Positions 16,777 through 30,779 of a DNA stretch of 64,000 nucleotides are shown here, piece after piece (position 1 is the first letter of the stretch; each line of letters starts with the position of its first letter). The notes under the pieces are model-generated. The model worked only from the letters and a program-made list of their open reading frames with translations, had not been told where the DNA came from and made no database searches. Source of the stretch: the human T2T-CHM13v2.0 reference genome, Homo sapiens. The DNA lies in NCBI RefSeq assembly GCF_009914755.1, contig NC_060931.1, one strand, 5' to 3'. The position numbers were made by a program, and so were the translations under genes.

Positions 16777-17716
16777 AAACTAACTTTGTCCCCTTCTCAT
16801 CTTTCTCTATACTCAACAAGATGGATATATTTGAAACATCTATCAGCTTAAAATACTTCATAGCATTCCCACTACCCTTAGAACCAAGACTGACATTCTT
16901 AAAATACTCTTCATTACTTTTCAATTATCATTTTGTACCATATTACTTAGTGCCCTATTTCAATTATACTAGACTTCCCATTATTCTTAGTCAACATGTT
17001 CTATGCTGCCTCAGGGAACTTATAGTTCCTTCTGCATGAAATGCTATTCTCCCTCCTCTTGCTTATTTACTATTATCAGAGTTTAGAACTAAAGTAAACT
17101 GCCAAAACTTTAGAGAAAACTTTTCTGATATCTCTGACTTGGTCAACCGCTCCACAATCCTACACAGTATTTGATTTTGTAATACAAATGTCTCTTATTT
17201 CTATGATCATATTATAATTAAAATTCACATTTATTTTTGTGCATTTTTGATTGATGGCTATCATCCTTACTTTTTTGGAAAACTAAAATACCATTTGAAC
17301 CTTAAGCGTATTAAAACTAAATTATTCTTTGTAGCATTTTTACAAGTGAAGGTTTAACTTTGTGTATTAAGTTATGAAAACCTTTTATTCATTTTGTTTC
17401 TCTCCTGCCTTGCTTCTCTTACGGCAAGTCTTTTGTAGAATCTCTATTGCTGTTTTTAATGTATTTGCTCTCCTACCTCATAATTGTGGCATGAAAATTT
17501 TTATAGGGTAAACATGTTTTTCAAATTATTCCTTAGAGAGATTATGTTTTCTTACAAACATGAAGGTCTGCACATATTTTTGTGTATTTATATAAACACA
17601 CATTATATGCATAATTTAAAGAATCACTGAATCATCTCTCACTGAGGGAGTATGCCTGGCCTCTTTCATTATACATAGCTTTTAGAAGTAAACTATAGGA
17701 AGATAACGCATCATAC

Positions 17717-17887
17717 CTGTGCCTGAAGAAAATTTGGGATCAGCAGTACAGTTTGGAGATTCGGGAACATCAATAATATTAATGGTCAAAACATGTCTAT
17801 AGAGCCTCCCAGTATCAACAATCAGAAGAAACCTTATTGGATCTGTTTCATAATTAAAAATTTTGGTAGCAGTGATTACACCAGAAC
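17717..17887 (-). pseudogene. Cadherin exon F (second half of EC1)
   Basis: Acceptor atctctttcatag|GT, donor CAG|gtatga; 171 nt, phase 1-1. Reads SGVITATKIFNYETDP...IIDVPESPNC; lies within ORF 17682..17909. Confidence 0.92.
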
Positions 17888-18855
17888 CTATGAAAGAGAT
17901 AAGCCACAATTATAATTACCATCAGTACTTAGAAACATAACTTTTATATCTTAAAAGATTTTGGCATTACGGGTTTTAACTCCTTAAAAAAGAACTTAAA
18001 TTGGAGATTATGTTGGCAACCCAAAGTCACACAATTAACAAGCATCATCTGAATCTTTAGTTGAAGAAAAGGAAAAAAAAAAAAAGGAAGTAGTTCTAAA
18101 TATATTTCAGTTGCCTCACAAGGAAAATATTCAAAATATGCAAATGATAGAAAATATTAAATATTGACTTATTTTCTTTTCAAAATGTTTCATGATTCAG
18201 ACTTCTATTATTAGTAAACCATATATGTCTCTTGAAAGTTTTCATCGAAAATCATTTCCAAAGATCACAGCACCATCAGTGACAGAGATCATATTATCAT
18301 CACAGTACATGCCTACTTTTTATTGAGAGGAAAAAAATTGTCATTTGTTTCTGTTCAATCTCATTAATTATTATGAGTTTATCCCAAAGTCATAAAATAG
18401 ATTTGACATCATTTTTTTGCTGGCACCTAGATAAACCGTATCACTGAGAATTCTGTTGTCAAAAGTGGCATATTGCCTTAAAAAGGATACTTTTATATGG
18501 TACTTATTGTAACAATAATCAATTCCCTACTAGGCCAGACTAAGACCTGGGTGTAAAATAATTAGCTGATTTAAGTGAAGATAAGAAAAGAAAGTAAGGT
18601 TGTGCCCCATTATCCATATAGAATATGCTTCAAGACCCCCAGTGGATTTGTAAAACCACAAGGGGTACAGAACCCTGTATATACTATGTTTTTTCCTGTA
18701 CATACATACCTATTATAAAGTTAAATTTATAAATTAGGCATGGTAAGAGATTAACAACAATAATAATAAAATACAACAATTATAACCGTATACTCTAATA
18801 AACATCATGAGAATGTGCTCTGTCTCTCTGAAAATAACTTATATTAATGAAAATA

Positions 18856-19364
<509 letters not shown>

Positions 19365-19414
19365 TTAAAGAATTTATATCAAGTTGTAGCAAAGAAACAA
19401 ATGTAATCATTGAG

Positions 19415-19714
19415 ATTTTTTTTTTTTTTTTGAGATGACATTTAGCTCTTGTTGCCCAGGCTGGAGTACAATGGTGCGATCTCAGCTCACCACAACCTCC
19501 CCCTCCTGAGTTCAAGTGATTCTCCTGCCTCAGTCTCCCCAGTAGCTGGGATTACACAGGCATGCACCACCATGCCTGGCTAATTTTGTATTTTTAGTAG
19601 AGACGGGATTTCTCCATGTTGGTGAGGCTGATCTTGAACTCCCGACCTCAGGTAATCCACCCACCTCAGCCTCCCAAAGTGCTGGGATTACAGACATGAG
19701 CCACTGCGCCTGGT
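19415..19714 (-). mobile_element. AluSp-like
   Basis: Antisense Alu with gctcttgttgccc, tctccatgttgg and cccgacctcagg diagnostics. Confidence 0.93.
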
Positions 19715-20350
19715 GAGATTCTTTTAGAAAGTCCTGAGTCACAAAAGCTACTGATTAGAGGAAGAATAAAAATATTCTTAATTTTGAGAAAGCCAGTAAT
19801 ATGCATAGGCAATACTTTATAAAACTATATATACTAACTTGTCTTAGCTAATGGATTTAATAGAGACAAAATGTGAGTCTCACTGGAACAAATACATTTC
19901 TTACACATTTTTGTAGAGTTTCTTTTTCAATCTTACAAAATAAGAATCAAGCAAAATCAAATCATAACAAAATGAATAGCCCAATGCTGAATTTCTTCCA
20001 AACTGAAGTGCAGCTTATATATCCCTTCTTATAGCACAAGAAATAATCTCAAAACGCAATGTTGGATCAAAGCTGGAAGAAAGAGAATAGGTTCAACCAC
20101 TGAATGGTTATTGATTATGACGTCTTCTATTAAATCTCCTCCAGCCAGATTAAAAGAACTAAAACTTGACTGAATAATCCTGTGGGCCTCCCTTCACTCC
20201 CAAGAAAGATTTTTTACCCCTTATATTTAGTGTCAAGAATACTAATTTACTGACAATGTATCAAACAACTTGCGGCACAGCATAAACAGCTGGATTCATC
20301 TAGGGAATAGAGGAATAGGCTAACAAGGGAAGAATTTTCTACAATGTGAT

Positions 20351-20746
20351 TGATATGATTTGTGTTCCCACCCAAATCTCATGTCGAATTATAATCCCCA
20401 ATATTGATGGTGGGGCCTGGTAGGAGGTGATTGGATTATGGGGGCTGATTTTTCCTTTTGGTGCTGTTGTCATAATAGAGTTCTCAGGAGATCTGGTTGT
20501 TTAAAAGTGTGTGGCACCTCCCCCTCTCTCTTCCTCTTCTTCGTGCTCTGGCCAGGTAAGACGTGCCTGCTTCCCCTTCACCTTCTGCAGGGATTTTAAG
20601 TTTCCTGAGGCCTCCCCCGAAGCCAAGCAGATGCTGCTATGCTTCCTGTACAACCTGTGGAACCATGAGCCAATTAAACCTCTTTGATTTATGAATTACC
20701 CAGTCTCAGGTCTTTATTCATAGAAATGTGAGAATGGACTAATACA
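20351..20746 (+). mobile_element. MSTA-like MaLR solo LTR
   Basis: tgatatg...ccacccaaatctcatgtcgaatt...ggactaataca; 5-bp TSD gtgat on both sides. Confidence 0.88.
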
Positions 20747-20899
20747 GTGATACTAACTGGAACATGTCTCTCCAGTGCTATATAGCACTATGACTTTGTA
20801 GATGAGTCACCAGGAATAGCATCGGAAGGCTTTGGCATCTTAAAGAAGCCAAAGATAGACTTTGGTTAATTTAGACAACATTGCTAGATTAGGTTTCAG

Positions 20900-21088
20900 A
20901 GGTTAACATAGACTTCCATTGGAATAGACATGAACAAGCCTTTGGAATGCAGCCCTATGAATGAACTCAAGTAATAACAGTAGAATAATTATTCAGCCAA
21001 CCCACAGAATTTTAAGAGATAAAACAGCGTTGTTTGAAGCCACTATGTTTTGAGGTGGTTTGTTATGCAGCACCAGAAAACAGATACA
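20900..21088 (+). mobile_element. MLT1 LTR 3' portion
   Basis: ccaacccacagaa...ttgtttgaagccactatgttttgaggtggtttgttatgcagca...gataca. Confidence 0.65.
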
Positions 21089-21099
21089 GGAGGCATGCA

Positions 21100-24000
21100 G
21101 ATCTGGAGTTGGGTGAAGAATTAGAAATACAACTAAGAATTTATTAGCATAGGGACATCCACGTGTATATTACATCAAGAGGACCAACAACTAAATCAGG
21201 CATAGTCCTTGTGCTCAAGGGATTCAATCAGGGAAATAAAATTATTAAAGAAAAATGGTTTAAAAATACATAAGAGGAGCATATTCCCTGATGCTGAGAA
21301 CAGGGTAGATGCTGAACTAATGACACTATTTCTGAACTAATACAGGAAAGATGTGAATGAGTTGGTCAGGAGAAGAATAGAGGAGGCAGAAGACATGCTA
21401 TGTGCAAAGGCTCAGGGGAGAAGAAAGTTTTGCATTGGGAGATGCATATTTGGACTAAAATATAGAACATACAATGGGGAATAGTAACTTTTCAGTCTAC
21501 AAAGATAAACAAGAGCCACATTTTAAAAAGAATTGTGTGTCAGTTTAAAGAACTTGGATTTTACTTTGGGGGAAAATAGAAAGTTAGCAAAGAATTATAG
21601 GTGGTATCACCTATATAGAGACAGCAAAAAACTGTGGGAATATGATCCTGTATGTACATTAGTAAAATTACTTTCAGTGAAGAGAAAATTGTGAAGGAAT
21701 TCTGAAAGGAAGGGATCAAGTGAGAACGTTGGTGCAAAAATCTAGAAGAGGGGTGCTATGGTTTGGATGTTGTTTGTTCCCACCAAATCTCATGTTGAAA
21801 TTGATCCCCAGTGTGGTGGTGTTGGGAGGTGGGGCCTAGTGGGAGGTACTGGGGTCATTGGGGTAGGTCTCTCATGCATGGCTTGGTGCCTTCTGTGTGT
21901 GAGCTGTCCCTCCCATGAGACTGGATTGGTTTTGAGGGAATGGATTAGTTTCCAGAGGGTAGGTTGTTATAAAGCCAGGATGCCACTCAGATTTTGTTCC
22001 TCTTCACACATGCCTGCTTCCCCTTTGACTTTCTCTGCCATGATTTGATGCAGCATAAAAGCCCTCAGCAGATGCCAAGCAGATGCTGGTGTCATACCTC
22101 TTGCACAGCCTCCATAAGCATGAGCCAAACTAACCTCTTTTCTTTATGAATAGCCTAACCTCAGGTACTCCTTCACAGCAACACAAAATACACTAAGACA
22201 AGAGCTTATAAGGATGTGACATGAGATAGTAATCATGGACATGAGATAAACATACCAAGGATTTAAAATCTATAGAATTTGGTGAATGACTGGAAGCAGA
22301 AGGTGTGATAGAAGGAGTCAGTAAGGCATGCCTGTCACAGAGTTTTCTGAAGGGTAGATGGCAGCAAGGCTACCATACATGATGGTGTTTATGATGTCCT
22401 GCAAAATAGTAGATGACGACTGGGGGCAAGAGTAGCTGAGGACTACATACCTTAGTGCTTGACTGCATCTGCTCCGGAGAGAGCTGTTTTACATAATTTA
22501 CACAGAGGTTATATTAGAGGCAGGTTTTTGGAGAAAATAATCTGTGCAGATTTGAATAATTCAATTTAAAATATTTAAGAATATGTCTATAAAGTAGATA
22601 TATTGGTCTGAAGTTAAGTCATAGTGTTTGAGCTTTGTGTGTGTGTGTATATATACATATTTATGTAATTGAGATCATCAGAATATATATTTTAATTGTA
22701 GTTAATGGATACATAGATGGGTTTGTAGTCAAGGGATAAATGCAAGGTAAACTGTGTAGAATATGGATAGAAGAAAACCTAAGTAGACCTGAATAACACA
22801 AATATGTACAGAATAAACAGAGGAAAAATTTAGGAGGAAGAAGAGGAGGGAAGGAAGAAGAGATATATGGGGAAAACTAGCAGAGTATATAGTGCCATGA
22901 GCATGTTTAAAAAACTAAAGAGTGGTTTTCACCTCTAAATTTTAAAGAGAGGTTATATATAAGATGAAGACTTAAATATGGCATTGTTTTTAACAATAAA
23001 AATATTGCTATGTATGGTGGCATGTCTTGTTGAAGTGACCTGTCACAACTCTGTTCAAAAATAAATGGAAAGTGCAGGAGTAAGAAAAATGTAGAGAACT
23101 CTAAAAATATTTAACCAGTTAGATGAAATGCCAGATGTTCTATAAAACGTCAAAAAAAAGACAAGACAGTAAAAGAAAAGAGACATAGGGCAAGAGTGAA
23201 TTTTGTTAAGATAGGGAAGGCTTATAAGATCAGTTGAAAGTTATTGAAAATAATCGGGAGAGAAGAATAGAAAATATAGGAAAAGGGGATAATCAGTGTA
23301 GAAAGAAATATGAGGAGTGGGGATATGGAACTCAACCAAACTGAAAGGAATGAAAGTAGACAAAGGAAGGCATGAATCTTCTTTTGCAACAGAAGAGTAA
23401 AAAGAAGGAATTCATTGCAAAGAACTAACTATAGGAAATAGCCTAAGGAATTTCCCTCTTGATTGCTTATAATTTTCCTCAAATTTGTAAGCTGATTTTA
23501 TCTGTTAAGAGAAAAAGGTTTCAGGTGAGTAAGAGATTTAAGATGAGACTGGAGAAATTCTATCATAACCAACTTGGCAAATTAAAGAGAGATCTAACTA
23601 GAGAAATATTGAAGAACTACCAAAAAGCATTTAGGGCCAAGCAAAATCTAGAGTGCAGAAGCTGGCTCATGTGATTTTTTTTCCAACAGTATTCATAAGC
23701 TTAGGCACATCAATAATTGGGTCTCAAATTGGAGTTTTCATGGGTAAAGGTTACAGAAGAAGTACAGGCCAAATTATCTGAAGATATTGTCCAGGAAGGG
23801 TTGAAAGATGGATTATACTGCCAGATTCAGAAGTAAAGAGAAGTGGTAATGACAGAGAGCAAAAGAATAAATCAATGGATTGTTGACGTCAGAGATGAAG
23901 CATCTATCCCTTGACTACAATTAAAATGTAGAGATGATAAAATGCATAGTAAGGGTAACTGAATAAAAGAATTGAAAAAGCATTAGGAGTGGGATTCTAA

Positions 24001-24700
24001 AATTAAGAACATGAAGTAATATTGTTCTGGGTGCTGATGAAGTTCTGACTGCAGCCATGGGAGTGTATGGATGGAAGTAAATGTTCAAGTCACAGAGCTT
24101 TAAGTAAGCTTTACACCAAATAAAGTAAAGGACCTGAGAATTTGGAGGGCTGGATAGGCCAAAATGTGAGTATCAAAGAATCCTAAAAGATGGCGGCCGG
24201 ATCTGAGACAGGGAGAAACACTGTGAGTGATATATTCAAGTCCTTAGGACTCAACGGAGAGTGATTAGTACGGTTTGGTAAGGAGCCAAATATCCTGAGC
24301 TTCAATTGAGCAAGGGAGTTTCCAAAGAGGATCGGGGCAATGGTCAAGAATCAGCTCTGCGGAGTGAAAAGAATGCCGACTTCCCACTTCCTGACCCAGA
24401 GATATGAGATGTGTGGGAGAATGAATAACATGAGTTTGAGGCATGCTGCGGTCATCCCATAGGACAGCAAATTTCAGTTAATGCCGAGAGGTAGGGAAAT
24501 GTCACAAAATAGGTTGAGAAAGTAAGGGATTTTATTTGTCTATTTATTTACCATATAAAAGCCATGACCATTTCACAGGACACCACTGAAAGGCATGAGA
24601 ACGTAAGAAGCTTGAGAGGTTAGTTTAGGGGGCACATATTTTCCATGTAATCAGATTCAGATATTTCAATACTATTAGGTAAGTGTTATGTAAAGAGGAT
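21100..24700 (-). mobile_element. Degraded L2 (antisense, purine-rich), interrupted by an MSTB LTR
   Basis: Typical antisense L2 motifs such as atgtgcaaaggc, aagaacttggattttact and atagaatttggtgaatgactgga. Approximate. Confidence 0.55.
21754..22200 (+). mobile_element. MSTB-like MaLR solo LTR
   Basis: tgctatggtttggatg...ccaccaaatctcatgttgaaa...cactaagaca. Confidence 0.85.
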
Positions 24701-26337
24701 GGGAGGTTCATCTGGGAGTCAGGCCAAGGTTTGCAGTATCACTTCTAGCAGAGGACAAATAGGAAAAAATAAAATAAAAAAATAAAAAGCCCTGGGTCAG
24801 AATGGCAGGCAATCAGCCGCCTGAGACGATGGGCCTTATTGCAGTCTAACTATCAGAAATCAGCAACTCTCCTACTAAAGGAAGGTTTCCAGTATCTGAC
24901 CCTAGTCAGAAGGAAACAGTTGTTCAGATTTTACTCAAAATTTGAGGTTTCGAGCACAGTCCTGTAGACTGAGAGAAAAGGGAGCAGGTGAATCAACAGA
25001 AGTTGGAATTGATTTCTGTGGAAAAGACTGAGCTTGTTCTATGTGTGTGGAGTTGTGTTCAGCCACTGGTAAATCATTCAAGTGAGGTGACACTGGGTGG
25101 TGAGTAAGATATCAAATTCTTTTTGTTTTAAAAGCCATTTTCTTAAATTTATAAAAATCACGTCCAGCAATATTTTGACATTTTCTGAGAATGCCACACA
25201 AATAAACACACACACATTTTTAGAAATATCTGAAATGTAAATAAAACAGCTATGCTACCTTATATCTCATTTCAGAATTAACATCTAATTAAAATTGTAT
25301 ATAACTGTAGAAATCATACACTGAGTAAAAAACATCATAGTAAGGAAATAGGTTGATCCTATGTCAGAGGACATCAGAAACATCATTTGCCTTTGCAATT
25401 TAGCATTGGTTGGATTCTTAATTGTGAAAACAAATACTTTTGTGTTTTGTTTTTTTTTTAAATGCGAGACACTGTCCCACTTTTTCATTGAACCTACTGA
25501 GAGTCTACCATCCAGCCACCTGGTTAGGCACAGGGTGATGTGAGGAGTACGATGTATTTTCTGCCTTCACGGACTAATGTATTAATACTTCTTCTTGGGA
25601 AAAATTCCACTCCACAGTCAGTTCTCAAGCACTGACAATATCAGGGTTGGTAGTCAGCAGACCAGGATTTGTTCTGGAGAAAACTAATGGAGAACTTCAC
25701 CATCTTTCGCTGTGTTCACAGATCGAATTCGGTTGATGCAACTATCCATCCTAAAGTGTCATCTCTCACTACCATGGGCACTGCAATTCCCCACAAGCAC
25801 TTTGGAAGAAAACAGGCAAAGTCAACCTAAAATTGGCTCTAGAATTTTGGCTAGGGGTTCTTTTAAAAAGGGGCACAATCTTAGCATTTAATTAGTTAAT
25901 TTTTAATGTAATTTCAAACAATTAGATTATGAGCCAAGGATGGTAAACAATGCAAGGTAAACAGAGCTACCATATCGTGATTTTATTTAGTGATACTTAT
26001 CTAGTTTTTAAGCCACATGGATGTAAAACTTAATAAATGATATTATTTATTTTGTTTATCTTCACTGTACCGAAACGAAAACATTTTAAAACAAAAAATA
26101 AGTATTAATTATTTTTCTTGAAATTAGTACAAACATATCTGTCTTCACTCTATTATCTTTTTTGCCATAAAGGAACAATTTTTGGTCAACCTTTTCAGAG
26201 CTTGAATTTAGGACTATTAAGAAATAACTTTGAAATGTGATGATGCTTAAATTAATTTTTGAAATTCAGTGATGGGGTAGAACTAGGTCAGGAAATTGAA
26301 ATTTTTCCAATGGTATGAGACCTAGGAGACACGGTGA

Positions 26338-26421
26338 TTCACTTTATTATTTAAACCAAGGTTAATTTTTAGTTTTTAGTTCACTTTATTTATTTAAGCC
26401 AAGGTTAATTTTTAGTTTTTA
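26338..26421. repeat. Two-copy tandem duplication of about 42 bp
   Basis: ttcactttat(t)tatttaa(a/g)ccaaggttaatttttagttttta occurs twice. Confidence 0.9.
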
Positions 26422-27104
26422 TTGTTTAAATGCACTAGAAAGTTAAGTTTGCACAGGGATTGTTTTAAAATAAATAAAAGAGCTATGCTAACCCACAGAT
26501 GAGCTTTGTTGGTAGTATCCCTTTATTTTCATATAAATGTTTAAAATGTTATCATTGTTATAAAGCAAAATTATCTCTTCCTATTCTAATATTATTATCA
26601 TATATTTCAGGCATGTATTGGAAAACAAGTGTAAGAGAGGATATAAGAAAATCCTACAGATAATGCATTTGCTTGATTGATTTACATAATCACTGTGTTT
26701 CATAATAACTGCTTATGGAATAATGGGAAGTTTTATAAAATGCTGGCCTTGCATATATCTTAGAATGCCAATTTAATAAAGTGTGTTTACATGCATTATA
26801 TACATAGATAGATGATAGATAGAAAATGGATATGTCCTCTTTCCTATTTTTCAAAGAATATCTTTTTTCGTAAAAAGAATGAGATGACTCTCACGTCATT
26901 TTTATGAACAAAAATTTTATGTTTTCAGGAAACAACACTTGTGACAATGTTGTGATATCACAAATATGGGGCAAGGCGGGAATGGGAAGCCCCCTGAGAA
27001 ATTGTGTTGAATTTATGTGACTATCTGCAGCAAATTTTGACCAAGAAATCTAATGTACCACTTGGGTTCAACAAAATAATTTTCTTCAAAGTCTAAACTT
27101 TAAA

Positions 27105-27500
27105 TATGTTCTCACTCATATGTGGAAGCTAAAAAACAGTGATCTCATGGAAGTAATAAGTACAACAGAGGATACTAGAGACTGGGAGGGATAGGAGGAA
27201 GGGAAGGAAGGATAGGGAGAGACTTGTTAAAAGCTACAAAATTGCAGCTAGGTGGAAGGAATAAGTTCTGGTGTTAAGCACTGTAGTATGACTATAGTTA
27301 ACAATAATATATAGTTTCAAAAAGCTAGAAGGAGGATATTGAATATTCCAGACACAAAGAAGTGATAAAGGTGTGAGATGATAAATATGCTAATTATTCT
27401 GATCTGATCACTATACATTATATGTGTGGAAACAACATTATGTACCCCATAAATATGTACAATTATTATCTGTCCATTTTAAAAGTAAAATTAAAAAGTA
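27105..27500 (+). mobile_element. L1MA 3' end
   Basis: atgttctcactcatatgtggaagctaaaaaa...ggaataagttctggtgtt...tgtaccccataaatatgtacaattatta. Confidence 0.85.
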
Positions 27501-27544
27501 ATAACTATAAAGCAAATAAAAATATAAATGTCACAATTACTTAC

Positions 27545-27712
27545 TTGCATCGATGGCAAAATCTTATGTTTTATTCAGAAAACGGTAGACATCTCCCTTT
27601 CCAGCCACATCTTTATCATAAGCACGACTTAGTTGTGTTCCAGGGAGCATATTTTCAGGCAAATTCACTGGGTTAATTAAAATCTGAATTTCTGTTTTAA
27701 TGTGTGAAAACA
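27545..27712 (-). pseudogene. Cadherin exon G (signal-peptide end plus first half of EC1), carries the premature TAA at 27564-27566
   Basis: Acceptor tctttctgtgttatctcttcag|TG, donor GCAA|gtaagt; 168 nt, phase 1-1. Reads ...VNLPENMLPGT...AYDKD...KT*DFAIDA. Not in the ORF track. Alternative acceptors at 27691 and 27683 are possible. Confidence 0.85.
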
Positions 27713-27820
27713 CTGAAGAGATAACACAGAAAGACTTCTTAATATCAAGAAAAATATAAAAATGAACAATTTTATCAATATCAATATTTTATCAATATTT
27801 CCATTTATTTGTCTTGATAC

Positions 27821-27853
27821 GTTTCAAGCTGAAACTGGAGTAAAAAGTTTCAT
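27821..27853 (-). pseudogene. Candidate degraded initiator/signal-peptide exon of the cadherin gene
   Basis: ttttag|ATGAAACTTTTTACTCCAGTTTCAGCTTGAAAC|gtatc, separated from exon G by a 108-nt gap. At 33 nt it is phase 0 and contains TGA, so it fits only if one base was lost. Confidence 0.25.
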
Positions 27854-30779
27854 CTAAAACTGAGTAAGTTTTTTTTTTCTTTAACATATCAATATTGTTT
27901 TTCAGTGATGAATTGTGTAGAACAAACTCGCAGGAAAGTACAAGTTTAGATCCCAGCTTTAATATATCTTTAGTTTATTCCTGTGTTCAACATGAATTTA
28001 ACAATTATCATGCAGAATGGTTATTTCACAAGCAAATTTTGCTAATTTCTTCCTTCAGTTTATTGACCATTTCAGTGAAATCATTTCACATGCTCACACA
28101 AGCTGTATTTTTAAATATGAAGTTTGTTGTATTACAATTTAAAATGCTAATTGAAAAAAATCAAGGAAAACACATCTCTTCTTTAATTTGCTTAATTATT
28201 TTCATTGCTTTTCTTTTTATTAGAAAGAAAAGATCTGTTTTTGGTTTAGTTGTGAGTCATTGTAAATTACATTATGCTGTACCTCTGTAGTGGAAAACAG
28301 AAATAGGCATATTCTGAAACTCATTCCCAGAATATGTAATATGACTAAAAGGAAATAATATATATAAGAAATATCTAAAACAATAATTTAAATGTTAAAA
28401 ATATTAATAAACTGATAAATAATATTTTTATGACTTTTTGTTATATAATAAATATTTTTACATAGCAAATTACTCTACAAAAAGAAGACCCTTACAGAAA
28501 AAAAATACCAAAAGTAGAATCCTGTCTAAAATAATCCAAGATTAAGAGTTGAGTTTTTTGTTCATTATTTAATATCACTTTCTCTCTCTCTCTCACACAC
28601 ACCAATACACACACACAAACAAAAGAATGAAAATGAGAAAGAAATATTCAATGAATTAAAAGGATCTCAGCAGGGATTCAAATTCCATAACTAACAATTA
28701 AACTTAATTTCCTTAAAAACGAATGAAATATCAAATTTGTATAAACCTGTGCATATTAAAATATCTTGACGATGTTCATATTTAGACCAGCTCCCCATTT
28801 GCCCTTAGCAACGTCTACAAACATATGCATGGCTTTGGCTATTAATACAAATTCAATCTTTACACAAATTAAGCCAACAAGTCACTACGTTGTTACTCAA
28901 TATTGAAGTCAATAGTTTTATTCTATTTAATTGAGTGATTATGCACGTAGGTCATATTTCAGCTTCTGTGTCTGTTTCCCGTTTGTACCTGGTGAGAAGA
29001 TTATCAGCAAGGCTAGGATCATTATATATCAACAATTTAAAATGTAAGTCTTTAGAGTTGACGTGGAGTAACCTATGGATAATTTTTGGCAAGTAGTTCA
29101 GGTGATTTAATTTTTAATCCCTGTTTACCTAATAGAAGCTGTTCTGCAAGTAGAATAAAGAATTATTTTTAATATGACTGCATAAATATTTGCAAACCCT
29201 GAGATGATTCAGTATTATTTCTGAGTGGGACTAGTTGTATACTCACCGCTCTACTGTTGGCTGAGTAACTCCAAAGTTAAGCAAGACCCACTCTTAGGTA
29301 ATTTGTAACCTAGCAAAGATAATGGCTGGATAAAAATGGCTATACCACAACAGAGTGGGTAACATGTTTCAGTAAAATAACATGAAAGTTCAGAAGAGTA
29401 AGGAAACACTTCCAAAAGAGGACGAAAAGGAGAAACCTTCAAAGAAGTGGTGGCTTTTCAAAAATGAGGCTTTGATGCTTTGAAGCACCAAAGTCTTGAT
29501 AACAGCATCCTATTAGAAAAATAGTTTTCAGCCTGTTTCTCTCAATATATGTGCATTTCTATATTCATAAATTATTTAAATGCACCACAGCATGGTATAT
29601 TTTATATGCTCATGAAATACACATGAAAACGAGAATAAATGCAAAAGAATGATATAAATGTGGAAAATATTGTATTACATTATGTTATACCTATCACATC
29701 ATATTATATTGCAAATGATATAAATATACTACAGTAAATGTTTTTCTATTTCTAAAATGTTACTAATAACATTTTAGATAGTACTTATTACTACATTACT
29801 AATTTTCATAATGAGATGACAAAGATAAATCAGTTTTAAAACTCATTTTATTAATTAATTATACAATAAATGTTAAATATTAATCATACATGTATAATAA
29901 AGTACTTAATATTTATTTCATAATACTTGGAGTGGAAAAAATTAATATGCTTTATTCTTGTTGAAAACATGATTTTACATTATATGATATTACATGTTCA
30001 TAGCAAAGATCAAAGTTCAGTTTATGTTCATACTCAGAGGATCTTAAAGATACAAAGGATCCCAAACATCCCTCACAAATATATGTATAAGTAAATAGGA
30101 GTGCATCATTTTATACTTAATAAATCATAAACTCATTTTTCGGTTTTATCTATCAACACTGAAAAGTATTGAATATAGCCAGCTGTAAAATATTCTTCAT
30201 CGTTGATGTCAATCCGATTTTATTTCAAATCAATTGGATAGTATTTCATTTTACATTTTTACTAGTTTAAAACCTACTGACATTTTTTATGTGGAAGATT
30301 TTTACACTGATTAGAAAATTCTGTTTTCCAGTACAAGTAGGCAGACAAGTGTTTACGTAGGTGACACAACTGTAGTGGTCTCAAGTCTAGAATGATGGAA
30401 ACATTTTCAAATAAGCCTCTCCATACTATGAGTTTCTTTCAGATGACAATTGCTTTCTTATTCATCAGTAAATGCCAGAATTATCTTTATGGGACTGATA
30501 AAGTACTTATTATTGTCTTTCATGAAGCAATTGTATATTATAAAATATTTTAAATAAATTTCATAGTCTTTATTGTATTATTAAATTGTATTTGTTTAAT
30601 AATAAATTAACAAAGTTGGAAAACTTGACCTTTTCTAACGGAAAAATATGTAGCTCATCCTTAAATTTGACAATTCTATAAACACGATGCCAGGGAAATA
30701 AATATGTAGGGTACAAAATATTTTTATTATTATGCCTGATCTCTTTATAAAACTGTATGATTCTTAGGGATCTGGGTTT

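Larger units (their letters stand above)
12800..17260 (+). mobile_element. Dispersed L2 fragments, interrupted by an Alu and a Charlie element
   Basis: Pyrimidine-rich L2-like motifs at about 12800-13450, 14500-15800 and 16780-17260, e.g. ggagttcctcagggttggccctctgc and ctcatccaaatccatggtttcaattac. Approximate. Confidence 0.5.

Noticed and set aside
18175-18312. Minus-strand MYCDDNMISVTDGAVIFGNDFR* just upstream of exon F
   Set aside because: Short, terminates in a stop, and has no compatible phase-1 donor or cadherin motif.
25500-25826. Exon-like, GC-richer minus-strand segment with acceptor-like sites between exons G and F
   Set aside because: Stops in all three frames and no cadherin consensus; G and F already join seamlessly. 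It could still be a non-coding exon, which I cannot support.
29251-29442. Hydrophobic minus-strand frame as a possible signal-peptide exon
   Set aside because: The sequence looks like an L2 3' end, the ORF starts at TTG, and there is no good ATG/donor pair.
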